Assembly: GCF_001194135.2 (NCBI RefSeq) | Contig: NC_068981.1 | Span: 71,756,360-71,820,359, forward strand | Origin: Octopus bimaculoides | Taxonomy: Eukaryota | Reading direction: 5' to 3' | DNA length: 64,000 nt | Part shown: positions 1 to 14,000 of the stretch, one piece after another | Layout of the letters: each line of letters opens with the position of its first letter | Numbering within the stretch: position 1 is the first letter of the stretch | Notes under the pieces: generated by a model | What the model saw: only the letters and a program-made list of their open reading frames with translations | The model's database searches: none | Told to the model about the DNA's origin: nothing | Program-made: the position numbers and the translations under genes

Positions 1-242
1 AAACAGATTCTTGTTTTATCTTCAGAAAAAAATTGAGAGATGAATCCTATCTGATTTCTCAACACAATAAGAATCAATATATTCTTGAGATTGCTGTGCA
101 TTGATTTAGCTGTGGGTTTCTTTTTTAAACTTCATCGAAAAATTTTACAATTTATTAATTTGAGTAAAATGTAATATTTGTTTATTTACAATATCAACAA
201 GATATAGACCATTTTAAAAATGTACAAAATCTTTCTTTGTAG

Positions 243-322
243 GGACCATATGTTTATGAATTATTCTCCATTATGATACATTCTGGAAGTGCTGCTGGTG
301 GCCATTATTATGCTTACATAAA
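243..322 (+). CDS. USP47: USP47 exon (His box): [27 protein letters not shown]
   Basis: tttgtag acceptor, AA|gtaagt donor; canonical USP His box. Confidence 0.97.
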
Positions 323-3300
323 GTAAGTTTCAAGGAGTTAAATGTCTCCGTATAATCTTCTTCCAAATATGATTAGCTTTTCATAGGACATGAATTCTGA
401 TGTTATATTAACCAGCTTTGAGAAAATAGATGAGTGTTGAAATACTTGTGGAAAAAAAAAATGTTCTTGTTAATGATAAGAAGTTTTATTATTTTCCAAA
501 GACAACTGTAATTTGGATTTTGATCCTTGAAGTTTGAGTGAAGATCGTTTATAGCTTAAAATTTCATTGTTAAAATGTTGAGCTACTTTATAAAATTTCT
601 TTCAAAATATTAATTCAGAAATGAAATAGGCTGAATTAAAAACAATTTCTTTTCTTTGAACATTGAATGTAATGAAAGTTTAATTGAATATTTATAACTT
701 GAACACAAATCTTCATGACTTTCAGATCCTTTAAAGATGGCCAATGGTACAGTTTCAATGACCAGCATGTTTCGAAAGTAAGTTGCACCTAAACCATTTG
801 TATATTTATGCATTTACATGACTGATTTTTAATTATTTTTATAATCATACTAAAGAGTATGGAATGCTATTGTCAAAACATGTCCATGGCAGTAACATTT
901 GTGGATGTCACAGCATTTGACTCTATAAACTGGGCAGTCACATTAGTTATCCTGTGCTACTGTAGAGTACCTGCAAAAATTAACAATCAAAATTATCTAT
1001 CACAGATGGAAAAGTAGCAGGTCAACTGTAGTTTAAGACTAGCTATCATGCAAGAACTGATACTATTTTTATTTACTCAGTGTTGTATTGTCTTAACCCT
1101 TTAGCATTGAGATTACTTGGCCGAATGTAATGCTTGTTTATTCACATTGTTTTGAATTAATCATGCATTATTTTGTAGCCTTGAGATTTTGATATTATTT
1201 ATTTATGACATTGTAAGATAGGTTTGAGAGAGGCCAGATCTGGCAAAGCAGATTGAATATTTGGGCTGGATATAGTCAGTTTAACTACTAAAGCATTAAG
1301 TAAAGTTTGGTTGAAATACAGAATCAGAAACAGTGTTACCCTCTTAAAAGACTCACTAACATTAGCTGTTGGACACAATATGACTATTCAAGGCCTCAGA
1401 ATTTAGTACAAGACATTAGTCATGAGCATTAGTGACTGATTGGATGAAAGTTAAACTGGATCACTTAGTGGTAAGAGAATAGAGTTGGATCAATATATGG
1501 TTTCAGATAGCATCTTCTGAAGAATATTTGTTATTCATCTGAAGAAAAATTACAACTTAATTTTGTTTTCCTCCTTAAACATGATAAGGTCTATTAAAAA
1601 AATGTTTAATTGAAAGAGATGGAAATGATTGAGAAAACACTGTAGTTTGTAGTCCTGAGGTTGATGATAAATAGTAGAAATTTAAAGCAAAAAAAAATTT
1701 TTACAAGAAAAAAAATATTTACAATCAATAAAAGTAAGTATCTAAATATTCAGTTCAAGTCGTATGACATCAGTAGTGCTTTACCATTAAACAAATGTTA
1801 AACTTCTCTGATTTGATAGCAAATCAAACATTTTTATTTATATTGAAGAAAATAGATTCACAGATTCTCTGTTTTTTAGCATTGAGAATTGGTAAATTTT
1901 TGACATATTTTGAAGTGGAAAATACTGAAATTGTATAATGGCTTTGACTTGCCAAAATGATTTATGTAGTTATGCCCCTTTCAAGTTCTGAGTTATCTTA
2001 TGGGGAATCATCATTATCGTTTAATATTTGTTTTCTATGCTGGCATGGGTTGGATGGTTTGACAGGTGTTGCAAGGCTGGAAGCCTCATCAAGTTCCATT
2101 GTCTGTTTTGGCATAGTTTCTACAGTTGATGCCTTTCCTAATGCCAACCACTCTATAAAGTGTACTGGGTGCTTTTTACATGGCACCAGCACCAGTTCTT
2201 TTTACGCAGTACTGTCACCATTGCTTTTTATATGGCACTATCAACTGTGCTGTTTATGTGGTACCATCAACAGTGCTGTTTACATGGTACTGCTGCCAGT
2301 GCTTTTTACATGACACAAACACCAGTGCTTAAGTGTGGCCATGTTCCAGATTTTTTGTTTTAAAGATAATATGTAATTAAATTAATCTTCAGGTGTTTTT
2401 ACATCAGTCCATATCAATAAAATACTGTTTTATATTAATGTTTTTTTTTGTTTTTGTTTTTTGTTTTAATACTTATGTATGTTTGCTTGGTTTATTTCTA
2501 ACAGTTGCTTTAGAAACTTGGTAATTAGTTGGTCAGAAGTGTTGTGTTATCTTTATCATGGAAAATATAACCTGACAAGACTTCATATATATTTGTTAGT
2601 TGTTTTGCATCAAGGATCTTGTTGCTAAATTCTTTGTTCTTAGATATATTTTGTTGTTAAAGAATTAATTTATGAATATATATATATATATATAAATAAT
2701 TCTGTTGGGTCTGGAGTGAGACATTACTTTCAAAGATTCCTTGATTAACTAGTTTTTTTTTTTTTAAAAGCCATTGGAGGATGATGATAGTTTTATTTTC
2801 ATTGTAGATCACTTATGATGATATCCGGAAAACCTATGGAGGTTCAAATACAGGTCGTACTTACTATTCAGCTTCTTACACTAGGTAAATTACTTTTCAA
2901 ATGTCTTCTGGTTTTCCTTTATTTTTTTTAAATGGTACTAAAACAATTCATATTAATTTCAAACTTTTGAAACTTAATATCAAATTCGATTATATACAAA
3001 AATATTAGGTCCATGTCTTGAAATAATACATTTGTAAACATATTTTATACTTAGATCTTAATATATTACATTAATTTTTTTAAGTACTGCAAATGTTTTT
3101 GGTGAATTATTCTATCATATACTTAAATTCAATATATTTTTTCCAGCTCTACCAATGCCTACATGTTAATGTACCGGCAAATCGATAAAGAAAGAAATGC
3201 AGGTAAATTGATGGAGTTTCTTTGAATTTATATCTAGAAATGTGGAACAAACATATTTTAGATATCTTTTACATCAGTTCAGTTTTTTCTTTATTTTGTT

Positions 3301-5000
3301 TTAATTCTCTGCAAGTGGAGTGCCCTTTTTTCATTTTAGTATTTTAAAAATGAATATTGCTTATTTTCTTAAGTTAAAAAAAAATATTTCCATTTTTTGG
3401 ATAGTTCTCTAAATGAGATATTTTGAGCAGATATTCAATAGCTACATGTAGTCACTGACCAGGCAATTCTTTCTTGATTGCTCTGTTTTTTTTTTCCATC
3501 TTGGCCCATATTGTTTAACTAGATCAACTTCACATCATTGTGTAGGTCTTCTGAGAGGCTTTTTCAGATCTCTTGGATATTACTCAGCAATTACATAGGT
3601 CCACTTATTGTCTGTAATCTTTGCAATGTGTCTGACCCAGTGGAACTTATGCTTTTGGTATTCTGTAATCACATTGTTAACACCACTTCATTCTTAATTA
3701 CCTCATTTTGAATATGCTCTTGGAATGATATTTCTTGCATAGGGATCTTACCATGACCCTTTGTGTTGTTGCCTGTGTCTTACTTGCATATAAGAGGCAC
3801 AGATAGGATGGTGCTACTGAAAAACTAACCTGTAGAATCTTGTCCAGTTTTGCTTTGAGCACATCTTTTATTCCATCCTGCTCCCTATTCTTGAGATTTC
3901 AGTATCCATGTCTTGATGCATCTTCACTGTGTGTCCCAAGTAGACATACTCCTTTACCTCCTTGATTTCATTGCTTCCCACTTCTCTTTGGCTATGTGCT
4001 GTGTTTTTGGACTGTATATATTTCGTTTTCAAGTGGGTTTTTCTAGCTGCATGAAAGCTAGATGTTGTATCTTGCTTTAATATATCACTCCAAGCTGTTT
4101 ATTAGATATTGCCCTTATCATTTACTCAAGTGCAATAAAATTTAGAAACATGGTATATGTATAATTAGTTGGTCAGAGGTGTTGTGCTATCTCTATCATG
4201 GAATATATAACCAGACATGACTTCAGAATCAAGAGTGCCAAATATTGGAGAGTTTTTCTTGCATAATCGCTAGTTGTTTTGTATAAGGAATCTTGTTGCT
4301 AAATTCCTTGTTCTTAGGTATAGTTTGTTTAAAATTATACATAACAGAACTTGATAGAAGTCTCATTTATCATCTTTTAATATCAGTCCAGCCCTTATCT
4401 AGTGTAAGCTCTATTAAATTATTGTTTTTGTTATCTTGCAGATTTTGTTTCTCCAGAAGATTTCCCACCACATATGAAAGCTCAATTAGAAGAGTTAAGA
4501 TCAAGAGAAGAAAATGAAAGGAAGCAGCAAGAAATTGATAAATGTACTTGCAAGGTAAGGTGAAAGTAAAACAAATTGAATTTATTTTGGCTGAACAATT
4601 GAAAACATGTTTTGTATTTAATAGGTGCACATACCGCCTGACTGGCCTTCGTGCGGGTGACACATAAAAGCACCCACTTACACTCTCTGAGTGGTTGGCG
4701 TTAGGAAGAGCATCCAGCTGTAGAAACTCTGCCAAATCAGATTGGAGCTTGGTGTTGCCATCCGGTTTCATCAGTCCTCAGTCAAATCGTCCAACCCATG
4801 CTAGCATGGAAAGCGGACGTTAAATGATGATGATGATGATGATGATCATGTTGAAAAGTTCACTTTGTATTCAAATGGTTCTGGCTTTCATCTCACTCAA
4901 TAGCTTCTTTGCTTATAGCCTTGGGTTAACCTATACCTTATGATTGGAATTTTATTAACAAAAACCATGCAGAATTGCATCTCTCTCTCTCTCATGTATG

Positions 5001-5038
<38 letters not shown>

Positions 5039-8000
5039 TGATTTACTTTATTCCAGTTTAAAATCAGTTATTGTTTGTTTTGTTCTGTAACTTAAGAGTT
5101 TGACAAATAGAGATTTATAAAACAAGTGTAAGACTGCAATATACTGGAGTTGGCATGATTGGCTACATCCATGAAGGCAATGCCCTACTAGTGTCTGAAA
5201 GGAAGGAAAGAATATATTGTTTATATGTAAACTACTCAGTAGGCAGATGGTGTTTATACATAGTCTCTACAATTAGTGCACATAAACAGATATTTAGACA
5301 CCTCTTTATGCATTGATGATATTAATTGAATCCATAATAAAATAATAATTCGTTTTGATCAAGCTTTCATGTGCATTACAAAATGATATCTTTCTTCATG
5401 ACTAGAAATATTTTTGTAGATTGTTTTATTGTTGCCTTTTTTGAATGTGAGTGAATTCTGTAATGCACCCTGAAGAATATTTACTTGTTTTGTTCTAGAT
5501 AAAAGTCTTTTGTTACAAACCAGGCACTCAAGTGAAAATGGAAAATAAACTTGAGGTGCACAAGGATAAAACCTTACGAGAGACAACAGAAATTGCTTAT
5601 AATGTAAGTTTTTTTTGAGTTTTGAGACCAATTTTTTCCATTTATCATTTATACTGATTGTAATATTTTGGAAGAAAGAATTATTGCTGGAAGGAGAACA
5701 TTCTCTTAATTGTTATGTTTCCACTAACAGCTCCAGAAATGGTGAATTTTTTTTCTTCTTTTTTTGTCACTTTAGTATTTTGTTTTGACTCTTTGAAAAC
5801 TGATTGTTGATATGGAGTCTTTCCTAAAAGTAGGCTGTATCTAAGGTGGTGAGCTGGCAGAAACATCAGCATGCTGGATGAAATGCTTAGCGGTATTTTG
5901 TCTGTCTTTACGTTCTGAGTTCAAATTCTGCTGAGGTTGACGTTGCCTTTCACCCTTTCGGGGTCGATAAATTAAGTACCAGTTGTATACTGGGGTGAAT
6001 CTAATCGACTGCCCCTCCCTCCCCAACAATTTCGAGCCTTGTGCCGAGAGTAGAAAAGAATATACTCTGTATCTGAGGCAGTGAACTAGCAGAATCATTA
6101 GCACAGTAGGCAAAATGCTAAGCAGCATTTTGTCTGTCTTTACATTCTGAGTTCATATTCCACCAAAGTTGATTTCACTTATCTTCCTTTCAGGATTGAT
6201 AAAATAGGTACGAGTTGAGCACTGGGGGTCGATGTAATCGACTTGCTCCCTCTCCTGAACTTGCTGACCTTGTGCTAAAATTTGAGGACAATATACTATA
6301 TATCTGGATTTTAACAGTGTGTTTGAGATCCACATGTAAGGATATCTTTACATTTTATATGATTCATGTCAACTCTTTTGTAGTTGTTTCAGTTGAAGGA
6401 TGTGGCTTCTCTGGACTGTTGTCGATTAGTCAAATATGATGACTATTGTGAGGCTCTAGAGAAATCATTTGAAAACGAAGAAAACAGCCCCATTGAAAAG
6501 CTACTGGGAGGAGTCAAGTCAACTTACACATTTGATCTACTATTAGAGATACGGCGCCCTGACCAAACATTTCAAGAGTATAAACCAGGTGGTAAGTAAA
6601 ATTTTATAAATTTGAGATACATTTCGCAAATTTTAGATTGCTGAAGAAAAGGAAAATATTAATACGCCCAACAAGTTAATTATTTTTATTTATCCATCAA
6701 TTTATACTTCAAGAAATATAAAAATCTCATGAGCTTCTACTTCTGAATTGGTTGATATGAGAATGAGATGTTTACCCTGTGTCTGGATTTAACACAAGCA
6801 CCTAGCTATTTGGTGCATTTAGTGGGATCTACTAGGATTTAATTCAAACCAGTCTTTAGTTTGAGGTGACTCCATTTTCTCCCTTCTTCATACCAGGTTT
6901 GAAGATCCTGCAAAAGATCATCAGTACTGTACTTCCTCTTTAAGCCAAAAAGCAAATACAGAACAGAACATGTGCAAATGTACTACATGCATATATGTTT
7001 GGTGGTTAAGGTGCTTGTAAGATATTACACAAATGAATATCTGACATAGATATAGACTGATCATTGTAGTTCTTGCTGGTTTTGTACAGACCATGTTACA
7101 TGTGTCATCAATGAATATTCTTCACCTATGTTAACATGGAAAAGGGATGTTGATGATGATGAAGGATAATGAATTGCATTATTTCAATTTTTATTTTTTA
7201 TAAATCTGCTACTCTATTTGTCTCCTTAGGTGTGACAATAAAGGTTCATTTGGTAGATCTTGAATCTGAAATCATCCACTCACCAGTCACAGTGCGAGCT
7301 TGTAATAGCAATACAGTAGCTGAGTTCAAAGAACTTGTTGCAAAAGTAAGTAATCTTGATATTGTCACTTTTTTTAAAAATTGTATTTTGTATTATTAGC
7401 TAAAAAAAACATTGTATATGCAAGGATAAAATAATCGATTTTTTTGACATAACTTACTAAATTATCTATGAATATTAATGAAACGTGCTTATTAGGCAGT
7501 AAAACTCAAGGAAGATCCATATTAATTGGGATTTATAACCAAAGGAAGTCAAATAAAAAAACGAAAAAAAAAAAAACTTCACTTCATGAATCAAGTCAAT
7601 ATTATTATAAGAACATTAAAGTTTAAATACCCTTCTAATATGCTGAAAGGACTTTAAAATGCACTGGCATTTTTATGCTAATAGGCAAGCATTAAAATTA
7701 TATTTACTTTTGCATTTTCACAGATGATACATAACTTTCTAAATTCCATTATCTTACCTCTGTTTTTGCTATCATTTAATCTATCATTTACTCACAATAC
7801 TGTTACTTTATCATGCTTAAGCAAGTTCCTTATGTTTTTCCTAAATAAAAGTACTTGACCTCTCTAAAGCTTTATCAGTTCAATAGACATTATCGTCCAA
7901 GCTAGTTTTACATCATCTGGGTCTTATAACTGCCAATTATTATTGCTTTCTTCCCCACCACTTTCTCTCTACTTTCCATATTGCATTCTTTCTTACAGGC

Positions 8001-11000
8001 TTAATTTTCTTACTTTCTTGTCTCTCTACCGTTTCACATTTCCTTCTTTGATACTTTCATCACTTTCTCCTCTCTGAACTCCTCACCCTCTCCTCCATTT
8101 ATTTCACTTTTCCTCAACTCTTACTACTCCTCTCCTTCCTAGCTCAACTTTTGCTATTTCTCCCTCTCCCTTGCTCAGCTTCTGCTAGTCCTCCTTTGCT
8201 TAGCTTCTACTGCTCCTCTCTCTTGCTCAACAATTATTCTTTCATTCTCTTGCTCAACAATTATTCTTTCTTTCTCTTGTGCTACTACTGCTTATCTCCT
8301 TCTCTTTTGGTCAACTGCTGGCTGTCTTTTGCTCTCTCTCTCTCTCTCTCCTGTTGATTGTCTTTCTCCCTAGCTCAACTACTGCTTCTCTCTCTCAACT
8401 TCTTTTTCTCTTTATTTTCTTTCCTTCCTCTTCTAACAGTCTTTGTATATTTGTTGTATGTCTTACTGTAATGTAACTATTCTTTTGTAGACATTAAATG
8501 TTCCTGTGACCCATATGCGCTGCTGTCTGGAACTTTACTCAGATCTTCGATTGCTTACCTCACCTGAAGAAACTCTGAAGTCAGAAAATTTTTTCCGTTG
8601 CAATAAAGTAATTTCTTGAAGATAATTTTAAATGCTGCCACTTTATAGTAATTTATTGTTACTGAACAATATAAATATCAACTTTTGATTTAATTAGTAT
8701 GAAGATTTGTTCAAAATTTTCATGCTAATTAGATTTGTATGTAATTTAAATTCATCATCATCATCATTTAACATCTGTTTTCCATGCTGGCATGGGTTGG
8801 AAGGTTTGACTGGGGACTGGCAAGCCTGGAGGCCACACCAGGCTCCAATCTGATCTGGCAGTGTTTCTACAGCTGCATGCCCTTCCTAACGCCAACCACT
8901 CCAAGAGTGTAGTGGATACTTTTTATGTGTCACTGGCGTGGGAGCCAGTCTGGTGGCACTGGCATTGGTCTCATTCAGATGGTGCTTTTTACGTGCCACC
9001 AGCACAGGAGCCAGTCGGGGCAGTGGGGGCTGGCATCAACCATGTTCGGATGGTGCTTTTTACGTGTCACTGGCATGGGGAGCCAGTCAGGTAGCTCTGG
9101 CAACAACCTGCGCATGAATAGTGCTTATTGCATGCCACCAGCACTGTTATCAGCCACAACTGCAATTTCCATTTGATTTACTTGACTCAATAGGTCTCCT
9201 CAAGCACAGTATGTCGCCCAATGCTTCAAAGGTACTTTTTAAATGGCTGGTTATGCAACACTGGGGTTGGCTACAACTGTGATCTCACTTTCTTTGCCGG
9301 GTCTTCTCAATCACAGCATATCTCCAGAGGTCTTAGTCTTTTGTCATTGCCTCTGTGAAGCCCAATGTTCAAATGTCATGCTTCACCACTTCATCCCATG
9401 TCTTCCTAGGTCTCTTTCTTCCATGGATTCCTTCCACTTTTAGGGAGTTACACTTCTTCACACAGCTCTCCTCATCCATACGTAGCACATGACCATACCA
9501 GCACAGTCGTCTTTCTTGCACACCACATTTGATACTTCTTATGTCCAACATTTCTCTCAGGGCACTTACACTCTGTTGTGTGTGCACACTGACATTCAGT
9601 GGATCATACTAGCTTCATTTCTTTTGAGCCTACGCATGTCTTCAGCAGTCATGGCCCATGTTTCGCTACCATGTAGCATGGCAGTTCACACACGTGCATC
9701 ATACAATCTACCTTAAATTGTTGGTTTATTATCGATTGATTTAATAATTTCATTGATTTAAAATTTATTTGACTATTTTAAACTTCTTTTTCTTACACAA
9801 GGGCAATACTATAAAATATTGTTTTTGTTTTATTTTTGTGGCAATAGGTTTTCATAGAATATTCAGGTAGTGAAGATTCTGATGTGACTTTTACAAGAAG
9901 TAAATTCTACAAGTTACTAGATAGACATCAAAACACCATTCGAATTTACATGAATATACCATCCAAAAGTGAGTATTTAACTATTAAGAATGTTCATCAC
10001 TACTTGTTTTTAACAAATTTTATTTTTTATGATTCTTATTTAATTTTTCCTTTTTTTTTTTTATTTGTTTTTAAGTGCAAGTTGGAGACTATAAGAACTA
10101 TGCCAACTATTTGCCATTCTCAAAAAATAATTCTGCTACCAGCAACGGTGATGATTCTCCTGGATCTCCTGTAAAGAACTTCAAGAACGATTATAGAAAA
10201 GAAGAGTATACAAGAGACGTAATTTCTTGCTGTGATGACAATTCGGCTTATCCTGCTGCTGTGATTGGTGCTGATGGAGCGTCTGGCCCTCATGAAATTG
10301 ATGGCACCACTCCAATCATCAGATCAAATACCTCTTCTACAACGAAATCAAAGACATATTTACCATTAACTACAGGAAGCAATATAATACACACAAAAAT
10401 GCAGCAATTAAACTTCCGTCTTTCGAAAACAGGTTACACACAAAGTGATAGTGGTAATGTTGTGTCTTATTGTACTGATGACATTGCTAGTCCTTCCACA
10501 GGCCGGGAATCAATGGATGAAAGTCCATTAAATTCCCCGATAGTTGATAGCATGCCAGTTATTAGTCCATTAACTCCAAATTACAGAGATGATAACTCTG
10601 AGGACATAAATAATTGCAATAAGTTTTCTTCTGATATTACTGGATGGTGCACAATACCCATCCCTCTGGGAAACATGATTATGGATGACTGGGCCAGTGA
10701 AATTAGCCAAAGCAATATTGATGTTATAGGCCCTGATAGAGCCAGCAGGGGTGGTAAAGAAGACTTAGTTACCAATGATGCTTTAAATTTAGAGTCACTA
10801 GAAGAGAATTGTGAACTGAACACATCAATTCAATGTGAAAAAGATACTGATAGCATTTGTAACCATGAATGTATTGATAAAGAATTGGACAATGAGGAAT
10901 ACAGACACTATTTTGAAGCAACAGAAAATACAGATGCTCTTGGTCAAAGAAGTAAGTAACTATGTTTTAACTCCTTTGTAATTTATGATTGATTAATTTA

Positions 11001-14000
11001 AATTTAAATTTATTTTACTTTGATAAATATGGCTAAATTATCACTACTTTGTTTCTGTTTGTTCTAATCTAATGCGGTGTTCTCTTTTCTTTGTCTATAT
11101 AATTGAGCAGGATTCATTTCATTAACATATAAAAACTTACCATGACAGGTGTAGCTGACATCAGTTTAGAAACTTGAAACCATGGTAGTTTGGGGTTAAG
11201 GCCTAAATTAAAGAGTGTATATGATTAATAGTCACTTCAGTTGCATGTGCAAAAAATATGCATGTGTTGAAAATTTTAAGTGGAAGTTATATGTAAAAAC
11301 AACAAAAAAACAAAACAAAACAAATTGTTAACTATGACTATGTAGATTAATTATTGCAAAATAAAAAAAAAAACAGGAGTGCAATCTGTATAAAAGTGAA
11401 TGGTGGTTATTATGTATTTTGACTGTAGGACTCACATGTATATTATTTGTCATGATTAATTCATCAACATTAGCCTTAAAATTTCTTGAGTTGACTTTTA
11501 TTGAATTTTGATTAGTAAAATTAACATTCAGAGTAGTTGATTTAAATGCCAAAGAAGTGATGCATTATTTTAGATAAATATTTCATTATGTAAAAAAAAA
11601 AAAAAAAGCAGATCGGTTCATAGCTTTTGACAGTCTTAAAAAGATATGATCTTTCCTTGAATTTTGTTGGATATATTGAGATTTCTGTTTCCTTTCTAAG
11701 ACTATCAAGCTTTGCATAGTTCAGGTTTGTATGTCTGATACGAGTGGACTAAATGTTTTCTTTTTACTACTTCAGATTTACTCACAATGACTGAAAGCTG
11801 ATTTTTTAATCAACTCAGTTGAAGGTCAGATTGAAGTGTTAACCATGTTCATGAATTTAAAATTTGTTCTAGTGATTGTGTTGAATCCCTGAGGAAAGCA
11901 TAAAATTGCTTGTGTGATTTTGTCTTTATGAAGCCTTGATTTCATTCTGACTTAGTCATTATGTGATTAATGTTAAGAAAGCACATTTGTAAAAAATAAT
12001 TTTTTTATAGAAAATAAAAAACAACACTACCATTCTATAGATGAAGATATATGTAAACTGCAGAGCAGAAATTATGACTTCAAACTATGCTATTTTTGAA
12101 TATAAATGTTATCTTTGTCTCATGTGTAGCAATAATTTTTTTGAACTCAATGCATGATCTGGTCTTGTTTTACAATTGAATTGTTTTATAAATCTTTCAT
12201 CATTTTTGGGAAAACAAAACTGTTACAACTTCCTGAATTCCTCTTCCTATAAATGTCATGTTTACCTCTGTTTTGCATAATGGCATTAACTGAGCTGGTC
12301 TTTTCCAGCACAGTGTTTTACTGTTGCACTTCTTTCTCATCTCCTTAAATTTTAACTTCTTTAGATAAGCTTTCACTATTACTTCTTTGATCTTCCTCTT
12401 CTGCAGGTTTATTCCACTTAAATCACTTGGTACTACTGTTATCCTCCATATATATCAATTATCCATACCTGTGGAGCCTTCTTTATTGCATGCTACATCT
12501 AATTCTTAATACATCCAGTTTTTCTTTCAGTTCATTTCTCTTCCAGCATTCATATGCACTTAACATTACACATTCAATGGAGTGTGCTTGTTTTATTTCT
12601 TTTGAGCCTTTGTAGATCTTGTTCATTTAATGTTCATTGCACTTCATACCTGAACATCATACCATATTTCCATCACTCAAAGAGTGAATCTCTTTGTTGC
12701 TAACAGAAGTTATAGCCAGTGCACTCCCTGCTCTTGCGCTCGCAACTAGGCATACCTGCTTCTGCTACTAAGTAGGTTAATGAGGTAAGAGAAGCTATCA
12801 ACTTCTTCTCAGGCTCTTGAAAGAATAATTTATTTTATGGGTGTGTTTACTGCTAAATATTCTTGTGCATTTGCTGCAGGTGAATTCTTTCTTTTGTCAG
12901 CTTGCCTGTGAAGTTATTGTGTGCATACAGTTTTCATGAATATGACATTCCTACATATTCTTTCTCTGCATATTGAGCATGGCCATCTCCATGACAGTAG
13001 CATGTCTTCTTTCCCGTTAGGTTTACTTTGAAGCTTTTGATTCTAGACTTTTTGCCTCACATTTGGAATTTCTTCTCTAATTCTTTTACATATTCAACAA
13101 TGAGAACTAAACCATCAAAATAGAGGCGTTCCCATGAGCAATCAGTTTTAAACTCCTCTGTTTTGACCTGAAAAACTATGTAATAAATATGCAGAAGCTG
13201 ATAAATGAACCCTGTTTTACAACTACCTTCATTGACAACTATCATTGAACTTGTTGCTAACTCTCACCTTGCTGATAGCTTGTCAGTATTTGCTTTCACA
13301 AGTCAATCAGTGGAAGTTTAACTACCAAACATGGTTGACAAATGCTAATGGCTTACTTTAAGCTAAGAATGTCAGTAGTTTTTCATTATTAAGAACATTT
13401 GTCTTAGAACAGACTTAATTTGTATCTCCTTCAAATCAATTTTCTTTCTTACTGGTTGTGCTATAAGTTTATCATGTTCCTTTTATAACTGAGTTTACCA
13501 GTTTGATAGATTGGTTGTTTCTTCCTTCTAGAGCACCTCCTTTGCCTGTGTTGTAGTTGCTAATACTGCTAGGCTAGTTATTGGGTATGGTATATCTCTT
13601 TACAATTTGATTGTCTATGTGAGTGACACACGTCCTATGTTGCTGAATATTTTCAACATCTCACACTATCCCTGGTGGTCCAATTGTTTTCCCCATCTTC
13701 ATATCCTCCCTCAGTCAATCACATTTTCAATTATAACTATCAAATTCAGTGGCTGTTCTCTCTATTGTGTCTGTGTAATAGTTCTCTCACTCTCTCTACC
13801 CAACTCATTCAGTAACCCTTTGAAGTATTTCTATGCCTCTTTCTTTGCATCAGTAAATGCAAATGTACTATAGATAGGGCCATTTTGCTCATCTGTAAGT
13901 ACTGATTGTGTTATATACGTAGACATTGTTGCTGTCCTGTTGCCTATGACTAGTCCATATTTCAAATTTTATATCTTTGGTAAAAATGCATATACAACAA

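Noticed and set aside
7930-8480. Long pyrimidine-rich tracts giving L/S/F-rich ORFs (also ~32580-33060 and ~56500-57030)
   Set aside because: Low-complexity CT-rich DNA; the hydrophobic translations are a compositional artefact, not membrane proteins.
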